Shown piece after piece: positions 49,446 through 59,566 of a stretch of 64,000 nt of DNA. This stretch comes from a bacterium. Its GTDB lineage: Bacteria > SAR324 > JACQKK01. The notes below the pieces were generated by a model. It saw nothing but the letters and a program-made list of their open reading frames with translations. It did no database searches and was not told the origin of the DNA. The stretch is taken from the NCBI GenBank assembly GCA_965240465.1, contig OZ251219.1, positions 256,001-320,000 of the forward strand, in the 5' to 3' direction. How positions within the stretch are numbered: position 1 is the first letter of the stretch; every line of letters starts with the position of its first letter. The translations under genes and the position numbers were made by a program.

Positions 49446-50225
49446 CTATAAATTCCATCCGCCACTGATGGTAACATTGGCACCGCTGATGTATTCGGCT
49501 GGCGGCGAGCAGAGATAGTCTATGGCAGAGATGACATCCCTAAAGCTGCCTTTGCGTTTGAGAGGAAAGTTGATTTTATCATCGGTAGGGAGTTTCAAGC
49601 TATTGTGAAGCATGCCCGGCGATACCATGTTAACCCGAATACCAGCTGGAGCTAGTTGTTGAGCAAAGCTTCGTGTTAGTACATTCACTCCTAGTTTGGA
49701 AATATGATAGGCGGGGTCGTTGCTATGAGCGGTAATGCGGTCGGCAGCAGCATCTCCTATGTTGATTATTGAAGATGGCGCCCCGCGTCGTAGCAAGTCT
49801 TGAGCTAGCAATATCAGGTGATGGACTGCGGCACAGTTGACCTCCAAGGTATTAGAGAAAGCCGATGCTTCCCATTTATCAAATGGTGCCGAGCGGAATA
49901 CCGCGGCATTGTTGATAAGCAAGCACAAGCTCGGGCAACATTTTCTCACTTGGGCGAAGAGGCCTTCACGAGCTGCGGGTTGAGAGAGATCTGCCTGCAG
50001 GACTTCCACTTGAGAACCTTGCGATTGAGCTTGGCGGGCAATTTCTTCTACTGCCTGTAAGCTGGAGTTGGCATGTAGCATCAAATGTACTGGCTTTTGG
50101 CTCCAATGCAGAGCTAAGGCATGTCCTAATCCGCGACCAGCCCCAGTAATTAGCACGCCTTTTTTAGCGTCCCTTTTGATGTCTCTCTTGGTGTCTTTTT
50201 TTGGAAGGTTGTGGATATCTGTCAT
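49446..50225 (-). CDS. SDR oxidoreductase, pteridine reductase/FolM-like
   Basis: TGAGRGLG, INNAAVF, YHISK, LAP.GIRVNMVSPG; adjacent to folB. Confidence 0.82.
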   Translation of the reverse strand: MTDIHNLPKKDTKRDIKRDAKKGVLITGAGRGLGHALALHWSQKPVHLMLHANSSLQAVEEIARQAQSQGSQVEVLQADLSQPAAREGLFAQVRKCCPSLCLLINNAAVFRSAPFDKWEASAFSNTLEVNCAAVHHLILLAQDLLRRGAPSSIINIGDAAADRITAHSNDPAYHISKLGVNVLTRSFAQQLAPAGIRVNMVSPGMLHNSLKLPTDDKINFPLKRKGSFRDVISAIDYLCSPPAEYISGANVTISGGWNL

Positions 50226-50226
50226 G

Positions 50227-50288
50227 GAAGATTCTTGGGCAAGAAGATTTCTGGGCAGGAAGATTTCTAGGCAGGAAGATTTCTAGGC
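50227..50288. repeat. 16-bp tandem repeat, 4 copies, directly upstream of the SDR start
   Basis: gaagatttctaggcag and variants. Confidence 0.85.
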
Positions 50289-50404
50289 GGAATGAATTAA
50301 AGCTGTTCTTTGGTTTGTATTAGCTGTTGGCACTACTACTGGAGACGCTGCTACTAGAGGCACTACCGAGGTTGGCATCCCTGCTACAAAACATTGTTAC
50401 TGGC

Positions 50405-50923
50405 TTATTTCTGTTTGTTCGGATGATGCCTATAAAATAAGCTGACCGCGGCGGCTTTGGCTTGGGTCATCGCCTGAGGTTTCCTGATGATCAGACGCAA
50501 CCAGTGAAATCCGAACTGCTGGCAAAGCTGGCACGCTAATTTTCTGATAAGAGTTTCTAATAAATGAAATTTTCCTTGACGGATAAAATCACTGGTAGCT
50601 TCAGCTAGTTTTACATAGTCCACCGTGTGTTTCAGTTGTCCGCTCTCGGCAGCTACCGAAAAATCTGCCCTCGCGATTATATCCACCAGCAATGGTTGTT
50701 CCCGCTGGCGTTCACGAGGTAGCACTCCCACAATGCAGTTGACCGTGAGCTCTTCTATCCTAATGGTCTCTACCCATTCAGCATCAGCAACCGAGCCAGA
50801 CTGGGTGGTAATGATAACCTCCTCAGGTATGCTATCTTCCGTGTTGTCTTTACTACCCCGAGCATCAAAATTGTGGTGGTTATCTATCAACATGGCACAA
50901 ATATCAAAGCCTGAAGGGAACAA
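50405..50923 (-). CDS. folB: Dihydroneopterin aldolase (true start probably downstream of 50923)
   Basis: IRIEELTVNCIVGVLPRERQREQPLLVDI, TVDY, FHLLETL, IRKPQA. Confidence 0.88.
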   Translation of the reverse strand: MFPSGFDICAMLIDNHHNFDARGSKDNTEDSIPEEVIITTQSGSVADAEWVETIRIEELTVNCIVGVLPRERQREQPLLVDIIARADFSVAAESGQLKHTVDYVKLAEATSDFIRQGKFHLLETLIRKLACQLCQQFGFHWLRLIIRKPQAMTQAKAAAVSLFYRHHPNKQK

Positions 50924-50946
50924 AAGATCAAAGACGAGCCTACTGC

Positions 50947-51051
50947 CTCAGGTTTGGCATCGCGGGTTGGGCATCTCAGGTTGGGCATCGCAGGTTTGGC
51001 ATCTCGGGTTGGGCATCTCAGGTTTGGCGTCTCAGGTTGGACATCTCAGGT
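50947..51051. repeat. 14-bp tandem repeat, about 7 copies, overlapping the gshA stop
   Basis: ctcaggttgggcat and variants. Confidence 0.88.
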
Positions 51052-52526
51052 GGTACTGCGTCCAGGGAGGCTATTAGTTGTTGGCTGGAGGCGTGGTTGT
51101 TGACGAAAAAATCTGAGTTAAAGATACCGTTTATATCTTGTTTCCAAGCTCCGTGCCACAAATCTAGCAGTCGCTCTGCTTGGCTACGCTCTTCTATCAC
51201 TTCCCATAGAGGATTAAGATAACCTCGCTCATCCGCTTGGAGAGGCTCGCTACCGAGTCTTCTAATGCCGAGTCTTCTAATGCCGAGTCTTCTAATGCCG
51301 AGTCTTCTAATGCCGAGTCTTTGCAGACCTCCAGCAGCGATATCCAGTACTTCACGTCCCCAAGCCCGTAAAGGACGCTTAAGCAGCTGAGCTTCCAGTC
51401 CTTTAACAATGGCTTGATGCTGGAGAGCATCCATATCTGTGGGAGGCCATTCGGCTACCAAGTCTTCCAAGGCGGATAAGGCATGTGACTCATAGAACAA
51501 GCCGCGAGATAGGGCGGTCAGGACACATACCATGCTGGGTAAGCCCATATCGGCAGGACGCCACTCAATGAATTGCTTCAGTCGTGCGTGAGGAAATATG
51601 GTAGTCAAGTGCATTTCCCAGTCTTCTTCTAGGGCTTGCTCTCCTTGCATGCCATGCTCTAAGAAAGCCCTAAAACTCAGCCCTGAACAATCCAAATGCC
51701 GACCCTGACGCTGAATAAAAAACATGGGAACATCCAGGGCGTACTGGACATAATCTGCATAGCCAAAGTCGGCATGCAGAGCTCGCTTAATAAACCCACC
51801 GCGATGAGAATCTACATGCTCCCAGATCCAAGCTCTCTCGGATAAACGACCGCACGGTTTTCCGTCTACAAAGGGAGAAGCCGCAAACAGGGCGGTTACT
51901 AGGGGCGTCAATAGTAACATTAGACGCAATTTGCGTCCCATATCGGACTCATCGGAATAGTCCAAGTTAACTTGTACCGTGCAGGTATGCTGCATCATGT
52001 CCAGAGCCATAGATCCTCTGGTGGATAGATATTTCCGCATTATCGCATAACGCTCTTTGGGTACCCAAGGAGAATCAGCCTCGTGCACAAAGGGAATACG
52101 CCCGATTGTGAGCCATCCCAAGCCGAGTTCAGCTGAAATGCCTTGAATTTCTTTTAGATGCTCTCCCATCTCATGACATGTATGATAGGTATCTGGCTGT
52201 ACCAAGCCGCTTAGCTCAAATTGTCCGCCTGGTTCCAGCGTGATAAAGGATCCATCTTTTCTTTTAAGGGCAATAGGATGCTTACCCTCATAAACCGCCT
52301 GCCCGATTGATTTATCTGCTAGTTTCTCCAGCAAGATATTAATTCCAGCTTGATTTTTTGTTCCATGGTAGGGCAAGCGAGAATTATTGGATAAGAACCC
52401 AAATTTCTCATGCTCTGTACCTACTCCCCAACTTGAGCGAGGTTTCTCGCCGCGTAGAAATATGGAGCATAAGTCCGATTCCTTACGAATAGGAGGAGAA
52501 TCTCCCTTGAAATTGGTGGTGGACAT
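51018..52526 (-). CDS. gshA: Glutamate--cysteine ligase (plant/alphaproteobacterial type)
   Basis: GTEHEKFGF, ITLEPGGQFELSG, PKERYAIMRKY, TCTVQVNLDYS, HLTTIFP..RLKQFIE; internal LGIRR repeat at 51253-51321. Confidence 0.92.
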   Translation of the reverse strand: MSTTNFKGDSPPIRKESDLCSIFLRGEKPRSSWGVGTEHEKFGFLSNNSRLPYHGTKNQAGINILLEKLADKSIGQAVYEGKHPIALKRKDGSFITLEPGGQFELSGLVQPDTYHTCHEMGEHLKEIQGISAELGLGWLTIGRIPFVHEADSPWVPKERYAIMRKYLSTRGSMALDMMQHTCTVQVNLDYSDESDMGRKLRLMLLLTPLVTALFAASPFVDGKPCGRLSERAWIWEHVDSHRGGFIKRALHADFGYADYVQYALDVPMFFIQRQGRHLDCSGLSFRAFLEHGMQGEQALEEDWEMHLTTIFPHARLKQFIEWRPADMGLPSMVCVLTALSRGLFYESHALSALEDLVAEWPPTDMDALQHQAIVKGLEAQLLKRPLRAWGREVLDIAAGGLQRLGIRRLGIRRLGIRRLGIRRLGSEPLQADERGYLNPLWEVIEERSQAERLLDLWHGAWKQDINGIFNSDFFVNNHASSQQLIASLDAVPPEMSNLRRQT

Positions 52527-52759
52527 CAGTACGTTCCGTTAAAATGGCTGGCCTACGAATACTTGAACCATAAACGGCTCTTACATATCATACGCGAACC
52601 AAAAGCCTAATTTGTCCCTTACTTTATCATTTCACTAGTGGTGCATTTATGCCAACTCATAATATCGGCATCAGTACAATTTACTTTTAAGCATGGTAGA
52701 AGGTAAATGATGTATCTAGCATAATCCTGTCTTTCCCCATTTGATAGAATACTGCTTTT

Positions 52760-53626
52760 GTGAATCGCCTTTTGCTTCAATTTGCTGCTTGGCTGGAGCT
52801 GAGCGGTTATTCCCCCAATAGTCTGCAAAGCTATCGCTTGGATGTAAAGCGTTTTATCGCTTGGATGGCAAACACCAAAAAAATCAATCCGCCAGACTTG
52901 AAACTACTCACCCATGCCGATCTGCATAACTATCTTATGACGCTGTCTCAAATGCTAAAACCGCGTTCAGTGAATCGTCATTTATCTTCTTTGCGATTGT
53001 TTTTTCACTTTCTCCAGCAGCACGGACTAATCAGCGATGATCCTTCCCTCCGCCTGCAGATACCTGCCCTACCTCCCATGCCTGCCCCACCATTGCCAGA
53101 AGAACAACTCAACCTACTCCTGACCGCCTCTAACCCCGATACCCCCCAAGGCTTGCGCGATGCCGTTATGCTGGAACTGTTGTATCACTATGGCTTGAAA
53201 CTAAACGAATTGACCTCCATCAACACCGCCGATCTGCTACTTAAGACCAGTGCCCTACAAATTAGAGGCCGTAGAGCTCGTACGCTAGTGCTTTCCGAAC
53301 AAAGCTGTAAGCTGCTAACACTCTACCTTAGAACCGCACACCCTAAAATGATCAAAAATCGCCCCGCACCCTGGCTATTTCCTTCTCGCAGTGGCAAAAG
53401 ATTAGACCGCATCGGAGTTTGGAGGCTCATCAATCGCCGAGCCGCCAGAGTGGGACTTACTCAACATTTCACGCCCCGTAGCTTAAGACATGCACTCGCC
53501 ATCCAACTATTGAAAAATGGACGAGAACTAAAATCCGTCAAAAAATTACTCGGCTACCAAAGAAATGAGGGCATGGCAATATACGCCCATATCACTCCCA
53601 AAAATTCCCCCTCTGCCGACCGATAA
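52760..53626 (+). CDS. XerC/XerD-like tyrosine recombinase homologue with degenerate catalytic motifs
   Basis: N-terminal SAM-like domain (SPNSLQSYRLDV, SVNRHLSSLRLFF), GLRDAVMLELLY, LFPS, SLRH, LLG...IY. Confidence 0.85.
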   Translation: MNRLLLQFAAWLELSGYSPNSLQSYRLDVKRFIAWMANTKKINPPDLKLLTHADLHNYLMTLSQMLKPRSVNRHLSSLRLFFHFLQQHGLISDDPSLRLQIPALPPMPAPPLPEEQLNLLLTASNPDTPQGLRDAVMLELLYHYGLKLNELTSINTADLLLKTSALQIRGRRARTLVLSEQSCKLLTLYLRTAHPKMIKNRPAPWLFPSRSGKRLDRIGVWRLINRRAARVGLTQHFTPRSLRHALAIQLLKNGRELKSVKKLLGYQRNEGMAIYAHITPKNSPSADR

Positions 53627-53658
53627 CCTATCTCACGCTACTCAAATACGTCGCTATA

Positions 53659-54393
53659 ATGCCAGTGTCAAGTACTCAAACCCTAAAAAATATGCTCCCT
53701 CCGCATTGGCAAAAACCTCTGCCTTCTAAACGACCATTTGTTACCCTCAAAGTCGCCATTACCCTAGACGGTAAACTTGCTGCTGCTAATCATCACTCCC
53801 AATGGATCACCAGCCCCCCTGCCCGTGAACATGCTCACCAACTGCGAGCTGAGCATCAAGCCATCTTGGTAGGACACAAAACAGTGCTCCATGATGACCC
53901 CCTACTAACCGTCCGACTCAAACCACCGCCTCGCTCACAGCCCATCCGCATTATCTTAGATTCCAAAGCCCAACTAGCTCAACAATCCCCGCGATGCCTA
54001 GCTAATCCCATACCCTCTGAATCGCCTATCATGGCAGTAGGTAACCACGCTCCCCAAAAAAACATCCGCTCACTACTACAAAAAGGAATCCGAGTCTGGC
54101 AAGACACTCAACACATCCAGCCTTCCATACCTCATCTGCTTAAATGGCTAAAACAACTATCCATTAACTCCCTGCTCGTAGAAGGAGGCTCCCAAACCTA
54201 CACTAGCCTAATCCAAACCCAAACAGCCGATGCCCTCGCCCTTTACCTCGCTCCACGCCTGATGGGACAATCACAAGCCCTAAACTGGTGCCAAGACCTC
54301 GGACTGATAGGACTTACAGACCTACCACAACTGAAAATACTCACCTCACAACCATTAGGCAAAGATCTCTTCCTGCTCGCCCGCTTTCTGTGA
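53659..54393 (+). CDS. RibD C-terminal reductase domain protein (no deaminase domain)
   Basis: PFVTLKVAITLDGK, SQWITS, HQLRA, DDPLLTVR, LLVEGG. Confidence 0.85.
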   Translation: MPVSSTQTLKNMLPPHWQKPLPSKRPFVTLKVAITLDGKLAAANHHSQWITSPPAREHAHQLRAEHQAILVGHKTVLHDDPLLTVRLKPPPRSQPIRIILDSKAQLAQQSPRCLANPIPSESPIMAVGNHAPQKNIRSLLQKGIRVWQDTQHIQPSIPHLLKWLKQLSINSLLVEGGSQTYTSLIQTQTADALALYLAPRLMGQSQALNWCQDLGLIGLTDLPQLKILTSQPLGKDLFLLARFL

Positions 54394-54412
54394 ACCACCA
54401 CCACCCAAAAAC

Positions 54413-54440
54413 TTGACACGGAGTTAAATCGTGGTACCAT
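54413..54440 (+). promoter_or_regulatory. Putative sigma70 promoter of the first Asp-rich lipoprotein gene
   Basis: TTGACA-16 nt-TACCAT with extended -10 TG. Confidence 0.5.
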
Positions 54441-54530
54441 ATCGGGGCTGGAGTGCTTGATCGGGCTGAGCAATACTTTTTAGCCAGCATCTTGCCACGT
54501 TAAATTCACCTCGGTTGAACTGGAGAACTT

Positions 54531-57305
54531 TTGACGAAAAAATTATCACTGCTTTCGGCTTGTATTTTCGCTCTATTTTTAGCTAGCTGCGGGGGGAGCA
54601 GCGGAGGCGGCGGGGGGCCTGCTGATGCCGATTCCGATGGCGTCCCCGACAGCAAGGATCTGTGCAAAAATAGCCTTGATGAAAACTTCATCAGCAGTAG
54701 CACCACCGACCATGATGGCGACGGTTGCAAAGATAAAGATCCTTATGGAGAAGACCAAGATGGTGGTAATGGTAAAGACAAAGATAATGATGGCAAGGTA
54801 GGTGATGATGATAAATGTCCGCAGGGTGACACTAATTGGACGAGCAATGGTGACACCGACTACGACAGCGATGGTTGTCGGGATGACAGCCCTGAAGACA
54901 CTGATGACGACAATGACGAGGTAGACGATTTTAATGCAGACGGCAGCGAGCTAGACAAATGCCGAAAAGGCAATTTCTTCATCAGCGACGACACCACCGA
55001 CTACGATTCCGATGGTTGCCAAGATGACAGCCCTGAAGACACCGATGACGACAATGACGAGGTCAACGATTTTAATGCAGAGGGCGAGGAGCTAGACAAA
55101 TGCCGAAAAAGTCTTGATAAAGACTTCATCAGCGACGACACCACCGACTACGATTCCGATGGTTGTCGGGATGCTGGCGAGGACACCGATGACGATAATG
55201 ACGAGGTCAACGATGTTGATGCAGACGGCAGCGAGCTAGACAAATGCCGAAAAAGTCTTGATAAAGACTTCATCAGCAACACCACCACCGACTATGATTC
55301 CGATGGTTGTCGGGATGCTGGCGAGGATACCGATGACGACAATGACGGGGTAGACGATGTTGATGCAGTCGGTAGCGATCTAGACGAATGCCGAAAAGGC
55401 AATTTCTTCACCAGCGACGACACCACCGACCACGATTCCGATGGTTGCCAAGATGACAGCCCTGAAGACACTGATGACGATAATGATGGCAAAGATGATG
55501 ATAGTGATAGCTGTGCCAAAGGTAACATAGGTTGGAGCAGAACCACTGACGCCACCACTGGCACTGACAAAGATGATGATGGTTGTCAGGATGCTACTAG
55601 CGAGGACCGAGATGGTGGTGATGGCACTGATGACGACAATGATGGCAAAGCTGATGTTGATGATAGCTGTCCCGAAGGTGACACAAATTGGCTCAGCACC
55701 ACTGACGCCACCACTGGCACTGACAAAGATGATGATGGTTGTCAGGATGCTACTAGCGAGGACCAAGATGGTGGTGATGGCACTGATGAAGATAATGATG
55801 GTATTTCTGGCACTGACGCCAATAGCATTGAGCTTGATAAGTGCGAGAACGGCGACAAAGGCTGGACGAGCAATGACCAAACCGACTACGATTCCGATGG
55901 TTGTCGGGATGCTGGCGAGGATACCGATGACGACGATGACACCATCCTAGACGTCACTGACGTGGATGACGACAACAACGGTCTAATAGAAATTGCCACT
56001 GCTGAGGAGCTAATCAACATCCGCCACGATATGGACGGCACTCACTATAATGATGGCAGTAATTCATCTGATGCGGGCTGTCCTACTACTAATCCCGTAG
56101 GTTGCAAGGGCTATGAACTACTCGGGGACATTGATTTAGTAGCCCCAGTTAGCCCTGATACTAAAAACTGGGATCCCGTTGGTAACTATAGCTATCCTTT
56201 TACCGCTACCTTAGAAGGCAATGGTTTCACCATCAGAAACCTAACCATTAGCAATGGCTCCAACTACACGGGCTTTTTTGGGGCCCTGGGGGGGACAGTC
56301 CAAAACTTGTCCTTTGTAGGAGGTTCAGTTACCAGTACGTACGTGGGTACCAGGCATTATACAGGGGTTCTGGCAGGTTATAATTATGGAACAATATCGG
56401 GTGTTGCTGCGGGGCTCTTGGTATCTGTCAACCCAGGTTCCTATGGCGATGTGGGCGGCTTGGTAGGTTATAATGATGCACATCATAGTAATAGTGGTGC
56501 AGTCCTCATCCGAAATAGCTCTGCCACTGGCAATGTTAATGGCGGTGGTGGTGGTGACTATGTAGGTGGTTTGGTAGGTTATAATAGGACTGGCACCATT
56601 CAAAATAGCTCTGCCACTGGCAAGGTGAGTGGCGGTGATGGTACTGACAGTGTAGGTGGCTTGGTAGGTTATAATAGGACTGGCACCATTCAAAATAGCT
56701 CTGCCACTGGCAAGACCGATGGCGGTGCTGATAGTAAGGATAAGGTAGGTGGCTTGGTAGGTTATAATAATACTGGCACCATTCAAAACAGCTATGCCAC
56801 TGGCAAGGCTACTGGCGGTGCTGGTGGTAGTGATAGGGTAGGTGGCTTGGTAGGATATTATGTTTCTGGAACCATCGGTAACAGTTATTCCCTAAGTGCT
56901 GTTGATGGAGGGGATGGTAATATTAATACTGTGGGTCGCTTGGTTGGCCGTAGAGATGGTGGTAGTATTGTGAACAGCTATTATGATAAAAATAGTACTG
57001 CTACAGGCGGTACTCTATTAGTCTTGGGGATAGGCAAAACCAAAGCCCAGCTGAAAGCCATCAATCTGGATCCCCCCGATAATCTGGCTGCTTGTGAAGC
57101 AGCTGGGGGAACTTGGGATGGTACTGCATCATCATGTACTTCTGGTAATCTAGCTGGCTGGAACGCTTTCAACTGGGAATTCCAAGCTGGCTTCTATCCC
57201 ACCCTCAAGTCCTACAAGGTGGATTCCAGCAATGCCCAAATCGCAGGCACTCTACTCTGCGGGCAATTACCCGAAGCTGACTTCGTTCAGTGTCCCACGC
57301 CTTAG
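54531..57305 (+). CDS. Lipoprotein with Asp-rich TSP3-like repeats and GLUG-motif region, paralogue 1
   Basis: Lipobox LASC, D.DSDGC.D..EDTDDDND repeats, FTATLEGNGFTIRNL, repeated VGGLVGYN...SATG. Confidence 0.85.
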   Translation: MTKKLSLLSACIFALFLASCGGSSGGGGGPADADSDGVPDSKDLCKNSLDENFISSSTTDHDGDGCKDKDPYGEDQDGGNGKDKDNDGKVGDDDKCPQGDTNWTSNGDTDYDSDGCRDDSPEDTDDDNDEVDDFNADGSELDKCRKGNFFISDDTTDYDSDGCQDDSPEDTDDDNDEVNDFNAEGEELDKCRKSLDKDFISDDTTDYDSDGCRDAGEDTDDDNDEVNDVDADGSELDKCRKSLDKDFISNTTTDYDSDGCRDAGEDTDDDNDGVDDVDAVGSDLDECRKGNFFTSDDTTDHDSDGCQDDSPEDTDDDNDGKDDDSDSCAKGNIGWSRTTDATTGTDKDDDGCQDATSEDRDGGDGTDDDNDGKADVDDSCPEGDTNWLSTTDATTGTDKDDDGCQDATSEDQDGGDGTDEDNDGISGTDANSIELDKCENGDKGWTSNDQTDYDSDGCRDAGEDTDDDDDTILDVTDVDDDNNGLIEIATAEELINIRHDMDGTHYNDGSNSSDAGCPTTNPVGCKGYELLGDIDLVAPVSPDTKNWDPVGNYSYPFTATLEGNGFTIRNLTISNGSNYTGFFGALGGTVQNLSFVGGSVTSTYVGTRHYTGVLAGYNYGTISGVAAGLLVSVNPGSYGDVGGLVGYNDAHHSNSGAVLIRNSSATGNVNGGGGGDYVGGLVGYNRTGTIQNSSATGKVSGGDGTDSVGGLVGYNRTGTIQNSSATGKTDGGADSKDKVGGLVGYNNTGTIQNSYATGKATGGAGGSDRVGGLVGYYVSGTIGNSYSLSAVDGGDGNINTVGRLVGRRDGGSIVNSYYDKNSTATGGTLLVLGIGKTKAQLKAINLDPPDNLAACEAAGGTWDGTASSCTSGNLAGWNAFNWEFQAGFYPTLKSYKVDSSNAQIAGTLLCGQLPEADFVQCPTP

Positions 57306-57390
57306 GATGAACTTTACCTCTTGACTTCTTGCCTCCTCGGGTGCTACGGTAGGGGCTGGCACTTTCACGCGTTCTGACATAGGACTTTCC
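57306..57390 (+). promoter_or_regulatory. Conserved 85-bp intergenic unit (also 59482-59566 and 62600-62684) with putative promoter and RBS
   Basis: Three near-identical copies containing TTGA(C/T)T...TG.TAC(GG/CT)T and AGGA before the start codon. Confidence 0.55.
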
Positions 57391-59481
57391 ATGAAAAAAT
57401 TATCACTACTTTCGGCTTGTATTTTCGCTCTATTTCTAGCTAGCTGCGGGGGGAGCGGTGGGGGTGGAGGAGGAGGGGGGGGGTCTGCTGATGCCGATTC
57501 CGATGGCGTCCCCGACAGCAAGGATCTGTGCGAAAATAGCCTTGACGAGAACTTCATCAGCGACGACACCACCGACGCCGACAAGGACGGTTGCGAGGAC
57601 AGCACCGAAGACCAAGATGGTGGTGATGGCAGTGACGAAGATAATGATGGCATTTCTGGCACTGACATCAATAGTGCTGAGCTTGATAAGTGCGAGAACG
57701 GCGACAAAGGCTGGACGAGCGGAAGAGACACCGACTACGATTCCGATGGCTGCCAAGATGACAGCACTGAAGACACCGATGACGACAATGATGGCGTGCT
57801 TGATGTCAATGATAACTGTTCCAAAGGTAACACAGGTTGGCTCAGCACCACTGACGCCACCACTGGCACTGACAAAGATAATGATGGTTGCCGAGATGAA
57901 GGGGGCGAGGACCAAGATGGTGGTGATGGCACTGATGAAGATAATGATGGTATTTCTGGCACTGACGCCAATAGCATTGAGCTTGATAAGTGCGAAGACG
58001 GCGACAAAGGCTGGACAAGCAATGACCAAACCGACAACGACAGCGATGGTTGTCGGGATGCTGGCGAGGATCCCGATGACGACAATGACACCATCCTAGA
58101 CGTCACTGACGTGGATGACGACAACAACGGTCTAATAGAAATTGCCACTGCTGAGGAGCTAATCAACATCCGCCACGATCTGGACGGCACTCACTATAAT
58201 GATGGCAGTAATTCATCTGATGTGGGCTGTCCTACTACTAATCCCGTAGGTTGCAATGGCTATGAACTAACTCAGGACATCAGATTAGCAGATCTAACTG
58301 GCTCTGACACTAAAAACTGGGATCCCGTTGCGGGGGATTTTACCGCTACCTTAGAAGGCAATGATTATACCATCAGAAACCTAGTCATTGCCACCGACGA
58401 TACCACCCAATACACGGGCTTTTTTAGGACTTTGGGTGCGAATAGCATAGTCAAAAACTTGTCCTTTGTAGAAGGTTCAGTTACCAGTACGAGCGTGAAT
58501 AGCCTCAGCAGGATAGGGGTTCTGGTAGGCAGAAATGATGGAACAATATCGGGTGTTTCTACGGGGATCTCGGTTGTTGCCGGCTCAGCTCCCTCTAACT
58601 ATGTAGGTGGCTTGGTAGGTTGGAATACTAGCACCATCGGTAATAGCTCTGCCACTGGCGATATTACTGGCGGGGGTGGTGATGACAGGGTAGGTGGCTT
58701 GGTGGGTATTAGTGATAGTAGTGCCATTATTCAAAATGGCTATGCCACTGGCAAGGTGAATGGCGGTGCTGGTAATGACTATGTAGGTAGCTTGGTGGGT
58801 ATTAGTGATAGTAGTGCCATTATTCAAAATGGCTATGCCACTGGCAAGACCGATGGCGGTGCTGGTAATGACTATGTAGGTGGCTTGGTGGGTTGGAATG
58901 CTGGCACCATCGGAAATAGCTATGCCACTGGCAAGGTGAGTGGCGGTGCTGGTGATGACTATGTAGGTGGCTTGGTGGGATATGCTTATAATAGGTTTTC
59001 TTCTGTAACCATTCAGAACAGTTATTCCTTAGGCGATGTGGATGGGGGCGAGGGAGACGATGGAGTGGGACGCTTGCTTGGCGCAAAAGGTATGTGGACT
59101 AATAATGCAATTACAATTACCAGCAACTATTACAATAGTAGTAGTAACCTAAACTTCGTTACTGGCGAGGATACCGAACTAACCCTTCCAGATACCGAGG
59201 CGGTTGGCAAAACCAGCGACCAGCTGAAAGCCATCAATCTGGATCCCCCCGATAATCAGGCTGCTTGCGAAGCAGCTGGCGGAACTTGGGATGGCACTGC
59301 ATCATCATGTACTTCTGGTAATCTAGCTGGCTGGAACGCTTTCAACTGGGAATTCCAAACTGGCTTCTATCCCACCCTCAAGTCCTACAAGGTGGATTCC
59401 AGCGATGCCCAAATCGCAGGCACTCTACTCTGTGGGCAATTACCCGAAGCTGACTTCGTTCAGTGTACTCCTACGCCTTAG
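57391..59481 (+). CDS. Asp-rich/GLUG lipoprotein, paralogue 2
   Basis: Same signal peptide and C-terminal region as paralogue 1; fewer Asp-rich repeats. Confidence 0.85.
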   Translation: MKKLSLLSACIFALFLASCGGSGGGGGGGGGSADADSDGVPDSKDLCENSLDENFISDDTTDADKDGCEDSTEDQDGGDGSDEDNDGISGTDINSAELDKCENGDKGWTSGRDTDYDSDGCQDDSTEDTDDDNDGVLDVNDNCSKGNTGWLSTTDATTGTDKDNDGCRDEGGEDQDGGDGTDEDNDGISGTDANSIELDKCEDGDKGWTSNDQTDNDSDGCRDAGEDPDDDNDTILDVTDVDDDNNGLIEIATAEELINIRHDLDGTHYNDGSNSSDVGCPTTNPVGCNGYELTQDIRLADLTGSDTKNWDPVAGDFTATLEGNDYTIRNLVIATDDTTQYTGFFRTLGANSIVKNLSFVEGSVTSTSVNSLSRIGVLVGRNDGTISGVSTGISVVAGSAPSNYVGGLVGWNTSTIGNSSATGDITGGGGDDRVGGLVGISDSSAIIQNGYATGKVNGGAGNDYVGSLVGISDSSAIIQNGYATGKTDGGAGNDYVGGLVGWNAGTIGNSYATGKVSGGAGDDYVGGLVGYAYNRFSSVTIQNSYSLGDVDGGEGDDGVGRLLGAKGMWTNNAITITSNYYNSSSNLNFVTGEDTELTLPDTEAVGKTSDQLKAINLDPPDNQAACEAAGGTWDGTASSCTSGNLAGWNAFNWEFQTGFYPTLKSYKVDSSDAQIAGTLLCGQLPEADFVQCTPTP

Positions 59482-59566
59482 GATGTACTTTACCTCTTGA
59501 TTTCTTGCCTCTTCGGGTGCTACCTTGGAGGCTGGCACTTTCAGGCATTCTGACATAGGACTTTCC

